A stretch of 64,000 nt of DNA, taken from IMG/VR virus record IMGVR_UViG_3300037484_000435, positions 352,001 through 416,000 of that record. One strand, 5' to 3'. Positions 55,893 to 63,895 of the stretch are shown here, in pieces (within the stretch, counting starts at the first letter, position 1; the number at the start of each line of letters is the position of its first letter). The position numbers and the translations under genes are program-made. This stretch comes from a virus (taxonomy: Duplodnaviria > Caudoviricetes). The notes under the pieces are model-generated. The model saw nothing but the letters and a program-made list of their open reading frames with translations, searched no databases and was not told the origin of the DNA.

Positions 55893-56142
55893 TTACTTTT
55901 ATATCAGAGTCTGTGAAAGATGGGGATATGACAACTTGTGTGTAGCCGAACAACAAATAGACCCTAATACAGGAAGGTTTATCGATATAGAAGTTTACCA
56001 ATATGACCCCAATAGGTTCCGTGCCCTATATGAATACGCACACACACGCTATTCCACCTACTCTTCAGAAGACACGGAGTCAATGATTCAATTAAGATAC
56101 CCTAATAAAATTTGGGTGCTTAGGAGAAGAAACATCAAGTAG
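55885..56142 (+). CDS. Hypothetical protein
   Basis: ORF track. Confidence 0.5.
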   Translation: MDDYFYIRVCERWGYDNLCVAEQQIDPNTGRFIDIEVYQYDPNRFRALYEYAHTRYSTYSSEDTESMIQLRYPNKIWVLRRRNIK

Positions 56143-56210
56143 GAAAATAAAATTAACTAGCCTCCTGTGATAAATAAATGCTAATTACATATCTACAGGA
56201 GTAAGGAAAG

Positions 56211-57194
56211 ATGGAACAATCAAAAAACGTAAAGTGGTCTCTGGATGAAATCAACTTACTAAAGCAGCTATATCCTAATCCAAAAAATAAACAACAAATC
56301 TTAGAATTATTGCCACACAGAACGTGGGGAAGTATAAGGACTGAGTCCTACAAGTTGGGCGTAACTATGGAGAAACCCACTAAATGTTTATTAGACTTCT
56401 CAAACATAGATTCTGAAGAAAAAGCTTATATACTAGGATTTATAGCGGCGGACGGATTTATTTCCAATACAAATAAACAGTTTAATTGCTGGGTTTTAGG
56501 AATACAAATAGCAGAAAAAGATTTAATTTTATTAAGGCAAATAAGAGATTTATTGAACCCCAATCTTAAATTGAGTTGTACACATTACGCAGATAAACCT
56601 AATTGGTCAGATTGTTACAGATTAACAATGTATGATAATAAATTATGTAATGACCTCAAGGCACACGGAATTACGGAAAATAAAAGTAAAACATTGACAC
56701 CCTCAAATGGAATACCAGAGGAACTTATCCACCATTATATTCGTGGATATTTTGATGGAGACGGCAGTTTCTGGATTCGGAAGGGAGACGGTCGTCTCTA
56801 TGCTGGGTTTGCTGGAAGTGAATCTATGATGAATTATATATCAACTTGGTTCAAACAACAATATAAACATGAGTGTACCTTACGGAAGAAAGAAGGATGT
56901 TATTTGTTAACTTATTGTGGATTTACTGCGATCAATTTAGCTAAACTTCTATACTCCGATGCTACTATATATTTAGAAAGAAAATATTTAAGAGCAGCGA
57001 AGTTCTTCGATAAGGAACGACAAGAGCATATAATAGACAAATTAAATGGAGACAATATATGTAAATTATATAAAGAGCTGGGAACATGGACAAAAGTTGC
57101 TGAATATTTAGGAGTTAATGTAAGTTATATATCACGAATAAAAGATGGAAAACGAGGTAAAATAGGAAAACTTAATTGTGACAAGTTTAATTAA
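56211..57194 (+). CDS. LAGLIDADG homing endonuclease with N-terminal Myb-like repeat and C-terminal HTH
   Basis: YILGFIAADG and YIRGYFDGDG; KWSLDEINLL repeat; C-terminal ICKLYKELGTWTKVAEYLGVN. Confidence 0.9.
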   Translation: MEQSKNVKWSLDEINLLKQLYPNPKNKQQILELLPHRTWGSIRTESYKLGVTMEKPTKCLLDFSNIDSEEKAYILGFIAADGFISNTNKQFNCWVLGIQIAEKDLILLRQIRDLLNPNLKLSCTHYADKPNWSDCYRLTMYDNKLCNDLKAHGITENKSKTLTPSNGIPEELIHHYIRGYFDGDGSFWIRKGDGRLYAGFAGSESMMNYISTWFKQQYKHECTLRKKEGCYLLTYCGFTAINLAKLLYSDATIYLERKYLRAAKFFDKERQEHIIDKLNGDNICKLYKELGTWTKVAEYLGVNVSYISRIKDGKRGKIGKLNCDKFN

Positions 57195-57717
57195 AAACAA
57201 TATAGGAAGACCCTGTCTTGTAACAGTCGGAGGTCCTCAAGCTTCGGGCAAAACAACTTGGTCTGAAAATTTTTTAACACAAAATCCTAATTTTGTGTAT
57301 ATATGTTCAGACCTATATTGGCCTGTGGACCAACAGGGCCAACGCTACTGGACAGACGACAGCGGAACGAGGAAATGTTGGTATTCGGACCCATTGCCGT
57401 CAGAACTGAAAGAGAGGGCGTATTCGTGGGCACATAAAAAAATGCTGGCTTACATGGATGTTGGGGATGATATTTTATTTGAAGGGACCTTAGTGGATAA
57501 GCACACTAGGAGGAACTTGTTATATGACGCGTGGATGAGTGGTTACGAGGTTCACGGTATATTTTTATTACCCTCATTGTTGGTTTGTGCCCAAAGGAAT
57601 TCTAAGCGAGCCCACCCTGTGCCTGATGTGGTTTTGGCCCGCACCTACGCTAAGGTAGAAGTGCCAGAGGAAGAGGAAGGCTTTGCTACTTTAGAAATAA
57701 GGAAAATGGAAAAGTAA
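57178..57717 (+). CDS. P-loop kinase (AAA_33 / polynucleotide-kinase-like)
   Basis: GGPQASGKTTW, ILFEGT, CAQRNSKR..VP..V. Confidence 0.8.
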   Translation: MTSLIKNNIGRPCLVTVGGPQASGKTTWSENFLTQNPNFVYICSDLYWPVDQQGQRYWTDDSGTRKCWYSDPLPSELKERAYSWAHKKMLAYMDVGDDILFEGTLVDKHTRRNLLYDAWMSGYEVHGIFLLPSLLVCAQRNSKRAHPVPDVVLARTYAKVEVPEEEEGFATLEIRKMEK

Positions 57718-57718
57718 A

Positions 57719-57967
57719 ATGGCAGATAGAACGTCAGCAGGATTATTCGGAAATATATTTGAATATATTGTAGGACACACCGAAATGGATGTAGAGGATT
57801 TCATAAAGTGGTTATGGAAACAACAAGAGAACTATGACTTTAGTCCTTATCAGATGGGGTGCGATGATGCTCTGTTAGAATTAGGATTAGCTAAATATAT
57901 TAAGAAAGACGATTTTGATATTATAATATTCAAAGGAGATGAAAGATGGGACGAACAGAATACCTAG
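57719..57967 (+). CDS. Hypothetical protein
   Basis: ORF track. Confidence 0.55.
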   Translation: MADRTSAGLFGNIFEYIVGHTEMDVEDFIKWLWKQQENYDFSPYQMGCDDALLELGLAKYIKKDDFDIIIFKGDERWDEQNT

Positions 57968-58155
57968 TAGAGTGTTTATCAAACTTGGGACATGTCTTTG
58001 AACAGTCGGTCGGCATTTGGTTGGATGAAGGTGCGGAACGAAAGGCAATGCTAGTAATAAATGATAAACAACTATTCGAAGATTTTCAAAGGATTGTGGA
58101 AGCAATTAAAACTGGGGTTCATCCGACTATGCAAGCTGACCCACGAATTAAGTAA
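57946..58155 (+). CDS. Hypothetical protein
   Basis: ORF track. Confidence 0.45.
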   Translation: MGRTEYLVECLSNLGHVFEQSVGIWLDEGAERKAMLVINDKQLFEDFQRIVEAIKTGVHPTMQADPRIK

Positions 58156-58398
58156 ATGAAAGTAGACATATCGACAGTTATTAAACAAGATGATTTTATC
58201 CAAGGGTTTAAAAATGGCTTCTCACAGATTGAGGCTAAATATGGGTGGATATGTCCTAAGTGCGGAGAATATGTTTACAACTTTGCAATAGAAACATTTA
58301 GTCACTACAATCGTGACCCCGCTTTTAGAGACACTGTCATAACCAGAAGTATCGAAATGCCCGAATCTTGGGTATGTGAGGAATGCAAGAAGAAATGA
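58156..58398 (+). CDS. Small zinc-ribbon protein
   Basis: CPKCG...CEEC. Confidence 0.55.
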   Translation: MKVDISTVIKQDDFIQGFKNGFSQIEAKYGWICPKCGEYVYNFAIETFSHYNRDPAFRDTVITRSIEMPESWVCEECKKK

Positions 58399-58568
58399 CC
58401 AGTAAATATATGGAACGTGAAGAACTATTGAAATGGGTATGGAATAAAATTCGACCTAAAGCTCCATACTGTAATATTTTGGATGAAGACCAAAAAGCCT
58501 ACGATACTATAAAAAATATCCTTATGAATGAAAGAGGGGAGCCACTAGAGGACTCCCCCACAGATTAA
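58395..58568 (+). CDS. Hypothetical protein
   Basis: Probable start MTSKY at 58395. Confidence 0.45.
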   Translation: MTSKYMEREELLKWVWNKIRPKAPYCNILDEDQKAYDTIKNILMNERGEPLEDSPTD

Positions 58569-58735
58569 CAACAACCGTCAGCACAGGAAGGACATAGGTC
58601 TCGGCAGAATTCTTTAACCATTTCTTGTTTAACCCTTTCTCTCCGAGCCTGTGCATCTAGGTTGTCAAAGTCTTCAGGCTTTAAACCTAGGTTTTTGTAA
58701 AGTTTAGAGTATTTTTCAAGGTGTTCGTCTTTCAT
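58565..58735 (-). CDS. 56-aa antisense-island protein with Cys-rich tail
   Basis: Hand translation MKDEHLEKYSKLYKNLGLKPEDFDNLDAQARRERVKQEMVKEFCRDLCPSCADGCC; AGGAG SD. Confidence 0.6.
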   Translation of the reverse strand: MKDEHLEKYSKLYKNLGLKPEDFDNLDAQARRERVKQEMVKEFCRDLCPSCADGCC

Positions 58736-58744
58736 ATTACGCTC

Positions 58745-58906
58745 CTAGCCCATATAGCATTCAGTGCATACGCAACGGGGATTCCACTCCCAGTTCCAAA
58801 AATTGCACTCTTCTTGTAGGACATCTTCCTGTCCTTCGCTTTGCTGATCGGGCTCCCGAGCCAAGACATCCCTTGATTCCCAATGTTCTTCTGTGTATTC
58901 GTTCAT
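58745..58906 (-). CDS. 53-aa acidic antisense-island protein with Trp/Cys-rich tail
   Basis: Hand translation MNEYTEEHWESRDVLAREPDQQSEGQEDVLQEECNFWNWEWNPRCVCTECYMG; GGAGG SD. Confidence 0.6.
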   Translation of the reverse strand: MNEYTEEHWESRDVLAREPDQQSEGQEDVLQEECNFWNWEWNPRCVCTECYMG

Positions 58907-58971
58907 GGTAATTACCTCCGCGTAAATTTACGCCTATTAACTTAGATGCCGAAGAGGCAAAAAGGATTCAA

Positions 58972-59295
58972 ATGAAAATAGAAAAAATAAAACCATTCGA
59001 AGGGAGAACAATAAAATTTGCTACCTCAGATCGAAGTAACGACTTAATATGGCGACTAGAAGACAAGATTAATGAAATAATAGATGTCTTAGATATAGAC
59101 TTGCCTGATGATTATTACAAGTGTGAATGTGGTTGTGAGTGGTTTGAGCACACACATAGACAAACCCTAATGAATCCCCCACAAGATATTGTAATATGTA
59201 GGGACTGTAAAAAACGACAGTATATATCGAAGCATAGGTTACCGAAGGCACCAAAATATAAACGCTATGGGATATGGAAGAAAAATGAGGGCTGA
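58972..59295 (+). CDS. Hypothetical zinc-ribbon protein
   Basis: CECG...CRDC. Confidence 0.55.
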   Translation: MKIEKIKPFEGRTIKFATSDRSNDLIWRLEDKINEIIDVLDIDLPDDYYKCECGCEWFEHTHRQTLMNPPQDIVICRDCKKRQYISKHRLPKAPKYKRYGIWKKNEG

Positions 59296-59497
59296 CAGAC
59301 TCGACGAATTAAACAGACAAGAAACGATAAAATGGGAGCTAGAGACGGCTGAGTGGGAAAAGAAAGCAAACAGATGTCTTTACTGTAGAGCTAAATTTGA
59401 AAGACGCTTAGCCGAAAAGAATTGTGTGGCTTGTGGGGCTAAGTTGCCTAAATATAAATGGCCCAAGGCACCCCCGCTCAGGTGGGTTGAGAAATGA
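59285..59497 (+). CDS. Small zinc-ribbon protein
   Basis: CLYC...CVACG. Confidence 0.55.
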   Translation: MRADRLDELNRQETIKWELETAEWEKKANRCLYCRAKFERRLAEKNCVACGAKLPKYKWPKAPPLRWVEK

Positions 59498-59724
59498 AAT
59501 TAAGAGATATATGCTTGGACACTTTTAAATATTTTGAAGAAGATGAGACAGAAGTAGTGTGTTACCTATACCATATTGCAGAAATAGAGGATTTGTTTAT
59601 GGTGCAGGGCGAAACTTTAAATGAACTCGCGTGGGCCCACATTAAGGGTATGGAGCCTGCGATGTTCTTTTGGGAAAGCCTTAAGAGAGGCGGAAATATA
59701 TTAGAACGAATAAGGGGAGACTAA
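59494..59724 (+). CDS. Hypothetical protein
   Basis: ORF track. Confidence 0.5.
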   Translation: MKLRDICLDTFKYFEEDETEVVCYLYHIAEIEDLFMVQGETLNELAWAHIKGMEPAMFFWESLKRGGNILERIRGD

Positions 59725-59912
59725 TGGAAGAAACAAAAAAAGAGACACCAGAAATGGGTGATCGTATGGAAGTGATAGAAAGTTTAGTTATGGATAAATT
59801 AATTGAGTCCATTAAAGCTGACTACGACGGTGGAGTTGACCGTTACGGGAGATTATTAGTAGATTTGCTTCATACGAAAGCCGCCCTAATGAAAGCATAT
59901 GGTCGGAATTAG
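59724..59912 (+). CDS. Hypothetical protein
   Basis: ORF track. Confidence 0.5.
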   Translation: MEETKKETPEMGDRMEVIESLVMDKLIESIKADYDGGVDRYGRLLVDLLHTKAALMKAYGRN

Positions 59913-59917
59913 GAAAA

Positions 59918-60490
59918 ATGCCGAAATATTTTTTTACTAGCGACACACATTTCTTTAACGAAAAAATTATGGAGCACTGTAAAAGACCCTTTAATAACGT
60001 GGAAGAAATGAATGATAAGCTAATATCTAACTGGAATAAAACAGTTTCTGTAATAGATTACGTTTACCATCTAGGTGACTTTGGTGGGAGCTCATTAATA
60101 GATAATCAGTCAGTATTTAATCAACTTAATGGACGTAAGTACCTGATAAGAGGTAACCACGATTATAGTTACACCACACCCACTGGCTGGGTCTGGGTAA
60201 AAGATACCGCCATGATAAATATTGGCGATCAGTATATTTGGTTATCTCATTATCCACATCGCCTGTGGAATAGGGCTGGGCAAGGTGTTTGGCATCTATT
60301 TGGCCATGTGCATCGAAATAAAGCAGAATACTGGCTATCGTTTAATGTTGGTGTTGATGCTTGGGACTACACCCCTATTAGTTTCGATAAGGTAAAAAAC
60401 CATATGAAGCGTCTACATTTTGAGCAAACATGTGTAGAACAACTCCCAGGTCTTTTTGATGAATACCTAATAGGAGAGGAGGAATTTTGA
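59918..60490 (+). CDS. Calcineurin-like metallophosphoesterase (phage type)
   Basis: TSDTHF, VYHLGDF, RGNHD, LSHYP, GHVH, NVGVD. Confidence 0.9.
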   Translation: MPKYFFTSDTHFFNEKIMEHCKRPFNNVEEMNDKLISNWNKTVSVIDYVYHLGDFGGSSLIDNQSVFNQLNGRKYLIRGNHDYSYTTPTGWVWVKDTAMINIGDQYIWLSHYPHRLWNRAGQGVWHLFGHVHRNKAEYWLSFNVGVDAWDYTPISFDKVKNHMKRLHFEQTCVEQLPGLFDEYLIGEEEF

Positions 60491-61038
60491 GTTTTGACTC
60501 TAAGGAAGAACATGAAGCGTGGTTAAAGGAAAGGGATTCCTACGACAAAGATTTTAAGCAACCTACAATCGAATTGGAAGTGCACCTAGGTGAGAGTGAT
60601 TATTGGCAGATACAGCGTGGCCAACGGGGACGAATCTATAAAATGCAAAATAGACTCTTGCTACTCCGTTTAGAACCATACTGGATCGTGAAGTATTATC
60701 TTGAAGGTGAACTAGAACTCGCCGCTTACTACTTAACACAAGAAGCAGCTCTATTCGAGATGGACCGAATAATGGAATTCGGTAAACATGATGAGCGAAT
60801 GGTCTGCCACTGCGGTCGTTGTAATGCTATGTTTGACGCGGGGTCAGTTGCTAATCTATGTCCTATGTGTGGGGCTGACCATAATGGCAAGGACTTCAAA
60901 GAGTATTCAGGCTGGTCAATCTGGAATCTTAAGCCCGCAGATTATGCGGCGAGCATGTATCTGGAATGGAAAGACCATCTTAAGTGGAGAAAACAGAACG
61001 GAACATTGCCAAAATGGTTTGACGAGGATTTAATGTAA
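60487..61038 (+). CDS. Hypothetical protein with zinc ribbon
   Basis: CGRC...CPMCG. Confidence 0.6.
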   Translation: MSFDSKEEHEAWLKERDSYDKDFKQPTIELEVHLGESDYWQIQRGQRGRIYKMQNRLLLLRLEPYWIVKYYLEGELELAAYYLTQEAALFEMDRIMEFGKHDERMVCHCGRCNAMFDAGSVANLCPMCGADHNGKDFKEYSGWSIWNLKPADYAASMYLEWKDHLKWRKQNGTLPKWFDEDLM

Positions 61039-61048
61039 GGAGAATAGA

Positions 61049-62125
61049 ATGGAAAAGACAAAGTATGTTGAGGAAATGAGAAGGGTTACGGAGCAAACTC
61101 GAAAAGAACAAAAAGGGGATACTTTAGAGGAAATATCAAAGTATATTCAGGACCAAACGGCTGAATACTCCTACGTGCGGAACTTGTGTGACACCGAGCC
61201 TATTACTAAATTTGAGTTGGAAACACCTATGAAAGAGCCTGCATGGCTTCTCCCCAGTCTAGGTTATGTGGGTATGGACACTTTTGAGGCTGGTGCTACT
61301 AATTTTCTTCTGGGAGTATTTTCGGTGCAAGCCGCTAAAGAGTGGCCTACCAAATATGATGAGGAAAATCGTTTTGATATTTGGGTGAAGGCATTCAATA
61401 ATACCGCGAGAGCTATAGCATCTTATGAAGTAGAAGCCTTTTTCAGATTGCTGGTGGCTATGAGCACAACACATTGTGGGGTAGGCGATGTGTGGGCAGA
61501 GTGCGGGGTTGACCCTATATACGCACCCATAGCAGAGCCAAATCCACCTGTAAAATATTGTGCAGTAGAGCTAATCCACAGGATGGCCCAGATTATGAAG
61601 AATCGTGGTGAAATTCTCGACACCGTAATTGTTGGTCCCGAGGACCTAGCCGATTTACGGGAGTATAAAGACACGGCCCCGTTAGTAGCAAAAGAACATT
61701 TCTTTACCCCAGCCGGTAAACTCTCATTCCTTATTGGGGACCAAAGTTATGATGTGCAAATAGTTGAGTGTGAGGATTTAGGTAAGAAAGGTAAATATAA
61801 TATAAACGACCAAACATCAGACTTTGGGCCTTTTATAGGACAGGCACATAAAGACAATAGTTTCAACGACTATAAAATTACTAACGGAAATGTGCTGGAT
61901 GAAAATGGCAACCTAGTTAAGGCAGGTGAAACTCAGATTTATGGTTTCAGTAAAGATGTTAAGAAATATCTTAAGATGCCTATAACCTACCCCTACACGG
62001 CTTATTGGGACCCGTATTTAAGCCGAAGAAATCAATCGGGGTACTATGGTTGGCAGAAAATGGCTATGGGCTGTCTGAGTAACCGATGTGTAGTCATGGG
62101 GATAATTGACAGAAGTAAAGACTAA
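61049..62125 (+). CDS. Major-capsid-protein-like (HK97-fold) paralog 2, outside the head operon
   Basis: LLPSLGYV, F.V.AA.EW..KY...R.DI, VGPEDLADLREY, WDPYLSRR...GYYGWQKMAMG...MGIIDR; paralog of 43920..44987. Confidence 0.7.
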   Translation: MEKTKYVEEMRRVTEQTRKEQKGDTLEEISKYIQDQTAEYSYVRNLCDTEPITKFELETPMKEPAWLLPSLGYVGMDTFEAGATNFLLGVFSVQAAKEWPTKYDEENRFDIWVKAFNNTARAIASYEVEAFFRLLVAMSTTHCGVGDVWAECGVDPIYAPIAEPNPPVKYCAVELIHRMAQIMKNRGEILDTVIVGPEDLADLREYKDTAPLVAKEHFFTPAGKLSFLIGDQSYDVQIVECEDLGKKGKYNINDQTSDFGPFIGQAHKDNSFNDYKITNGNVLDENGNLVKAGETQIYGFSKDVKKYLKMPITYPYTAYWDPYLSRRNQSGYYGWQKMAMGCLSNRCVVMGIIDRSKD

Positions 62126-62961
62126 TGATTAAAACACGCAACGAAAAAGAAATAGAGTTTGTTGTTGCGTCAGGGGCTTTGGGTTGGTATGGTAATGGGT
62201 GGCCGTGGGAAAGGCCTCTAGTAAAATTGGGGCTAATAGACCCATCACTCTTTACCATCACCACCAAAACTCTGACTCGATTTATAAATAGAGGACGTTG
62301 GTGGGCTGTTAGGCCTGTTAAGGGCGGAGTATGGAATAATATGGGGCTACCTAATAATGGATTTAAGTGGTGGCTGGGACAATACAGAGAGAAATATGGC
62401 ACATTACCTTACAAAACTCTAGTTTCGATCGCCCCTGATACACGTGTAGATGCCCGTCGTATGATAAGTTGGGGCATGGAAGAAGAAGACTTAGAGTATG
62501 ACCCTAATTTCGTAGGTTATGAATTAAACTTGTCCTGTCCCAATACACAACCAATGAAATTTGAACTGATAAAAGAAATAGTTAAGGTGGTAGGGGATGG
62601 GACTGGTCATATTTATGCTACTATTTTAAAACTTAACTATCAGCAAGCCTTTTATTCAGAAGGCTTTACAGATGAGCAACTAAAAGAATTACTCCCTTAT
62701 TGTGATGCTATCTCACTAAACTCGGCCCCGCTCGCCTACGGGAAAGGTGCATATTCAGGAAAGGTAGCACAGCAATATAATTGGGCGACCGCGGAACATT
62801 TACAAAATTTGGGTTTCAAAGTTATCTGGCCCAGTCTATGGGAGTATGAAGACATACAAAAATGTTTTGATAAGGGGGCGGGGGCAGTATCATTTGGAGC
62901 GGTGCATTTACTAAGGCCTTGGGCTCCCACACAGTGGATTAAGAGGTATAAATCCGCATGA
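62125..62961 (+). CDS. pyrD: Dihydroorotate dehydrogenase-like (class 1) flavoenzyme
   Basis: VASGALG, TTKTLT, NNMGLPNNG, ELNLSCPN, LKL, AYSG; compact and divergent. Confidence 0.7.
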   Translation: MIKTRNEKEIEFVVASGALGWYGNGWPWERPLVKLGLIDPSLFTITTKTLTRFINRGRWWAVRPVKGGVWNNMGLPNNGFKWWLGQYREKYGTLPYKTLVSIAPDTRVDARRMISWGMEEEDLEYDPNFVGYELNLSCPNTQPMKFELIKEIVKVVGDGTGHIYATILKLNYQQAFYSEGFTDEQLKELLPYCDAISLNSAPLAYGKGAYSGKVAQQYNWATAEHLQNLGFKVIWPSLWEYEDIQKCFDKGAGAVSFGAVHLLRPWAPTQWIKRYKSA

Positions 62962-63134
62962 ACTTAATAATGACATACTTAGCATTACTATCAAATGCGT
63001 TTGGCATTGGAATATGGACAGCAATACTATTACAAATGATTATTACTGCTCCATTTAGTTTTTGGTTGACTTTCGTAGGAGTAACTATTATATTTTTTTG
63101 TTTTTTCGCTGCTATAAGAGTAGCAATAACCTAA
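62958..63134 (+). CDS. 58-aa two-TM membrane protein
   Basis: Hand-translated MNLIMTYLALLSNAFGIGIWTAILLQM... Confidence 0.55.
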   Translation: MNLIMTYLALLSNAFGIGIWTAILLQMIITAPFSFWLTFVGVTIIFFCFFAAIRVAIT

Positions 63135-63145
63135 AAGGAGTATCT

Positions 63146-63385
63146 ATGAATGAAATAGAACAGTATCTCGCAACAATAACAAAATTGTGCGAGGACAAAA
63201 AGAAAGAGTTTGATGACATAAAAGATGAGGACATCAAACTAAAACTGGAGTGGTTACGGGACCAATTTTTGGGTATTATAATGTCAATAGCCTTGAAAAA
63301 TATTGAAGAGGCCCAAAAATATGAAGAAGCATTGGAAAGGTTTCAAAAGAAAGGCGAGCACCAGAGCAGATTAATTCACCCCTAA
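63146..63385 (+). CDS. Hypothetical protein
   Basis: AGGAG SD; probable start MNEIEQ at 63146. Confidence 0.55.
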   Translation: MNEIEQYLATITKLCEDKKKEFDDIKDEDIKLKLEWLRDQFLGIIMSIALKNIEEAQKYEEALERFQKKGEHQSRLIHP

Positions 63386-63395
63386 GGAATACGAA

Positions 63396-63665
63396 ATGTT
63401 AACTAAAGGTTTCTTAAGTGACGACGAAAAACGTTCTATTAGAGAACAGCTTTTTGCGATGATGAAAATCGTGGGGATTCCCGAACAGTTAACGCTGTGG
63501 ACGGAGCCCCCACCACATGACCACCGCTGTCTTCGGGCCCCTTTGGATGTGGCTGAATTTATAGATATGCAACCGTACCGTGAAGACGGAGATGACCTTA
63601 TCTGGGCTATGCGATATATAGACAGCAATGGTCGTAAAAATACTATATTCTTTAAGAGAGTTTAG
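63396..63665 (+). CDS. Hypothetical protein
   Basis: ORF track. Confidence 0.55.
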   Translation: MLTKGFLSDDEKRSIREQLFAMMKIVGIPEQLTLWTEPPPHDHRCLRAPLDVAEFIDMQPYREDGDDLIWAMRYIDSNGRKNTIFFKRV

Positions 63666-63667
63666 GG

Positions 63668-63895
63668 ATGAAATTTGAAACACTAAGAGAAGAAGCAGAA
63701 GCAGTGGCCGAAAGGTTAAGAGAGTTGAAATATGATGAGGTCCGCTTTATTGTGATGAATGATGATGTGGTATATTCCGTAGATAAGAAAAAATTTATAT
63801 TTATGGAAGACCTTCCTCAAGAGTTTGATAAAGGGGATTACACAGCTTTTGACTGGGCTACATGTAAAGCCAAGGAGTTTAAAAATGAGATTTGA
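63668..63895 (+). CDS. Hypothetical protein
   Basis: ORF track. Confidence 0.55.
   Translation: MKFETLREEAEAVAERLRELKYDEVRFIVMNDDVVYSVDKKKFIFMEDLPQEFDKGDYTAFDWATCKAKEFKNEI

Noticed and set aside
10062-57194. LAGLIDADG ORFs as inteins
   Set aside because: Each has its own start and stop, no host-protein flanks in frame, and no C/S...HN splice termini
58565-58906. Ribosomal protein or known toxin in the antisense island
   Set aside because: Translations match no ribosomal-protein or toxin pattern I recognise
634-63683. Numerous short opposite-strand or nested ORFs in the track (e.g. 3572..3988, 13167..13427, 15390..15689, 51418..51909)
   Set aside because: Fully overlap well-supported genes, lack SD sites and show no domain motifs
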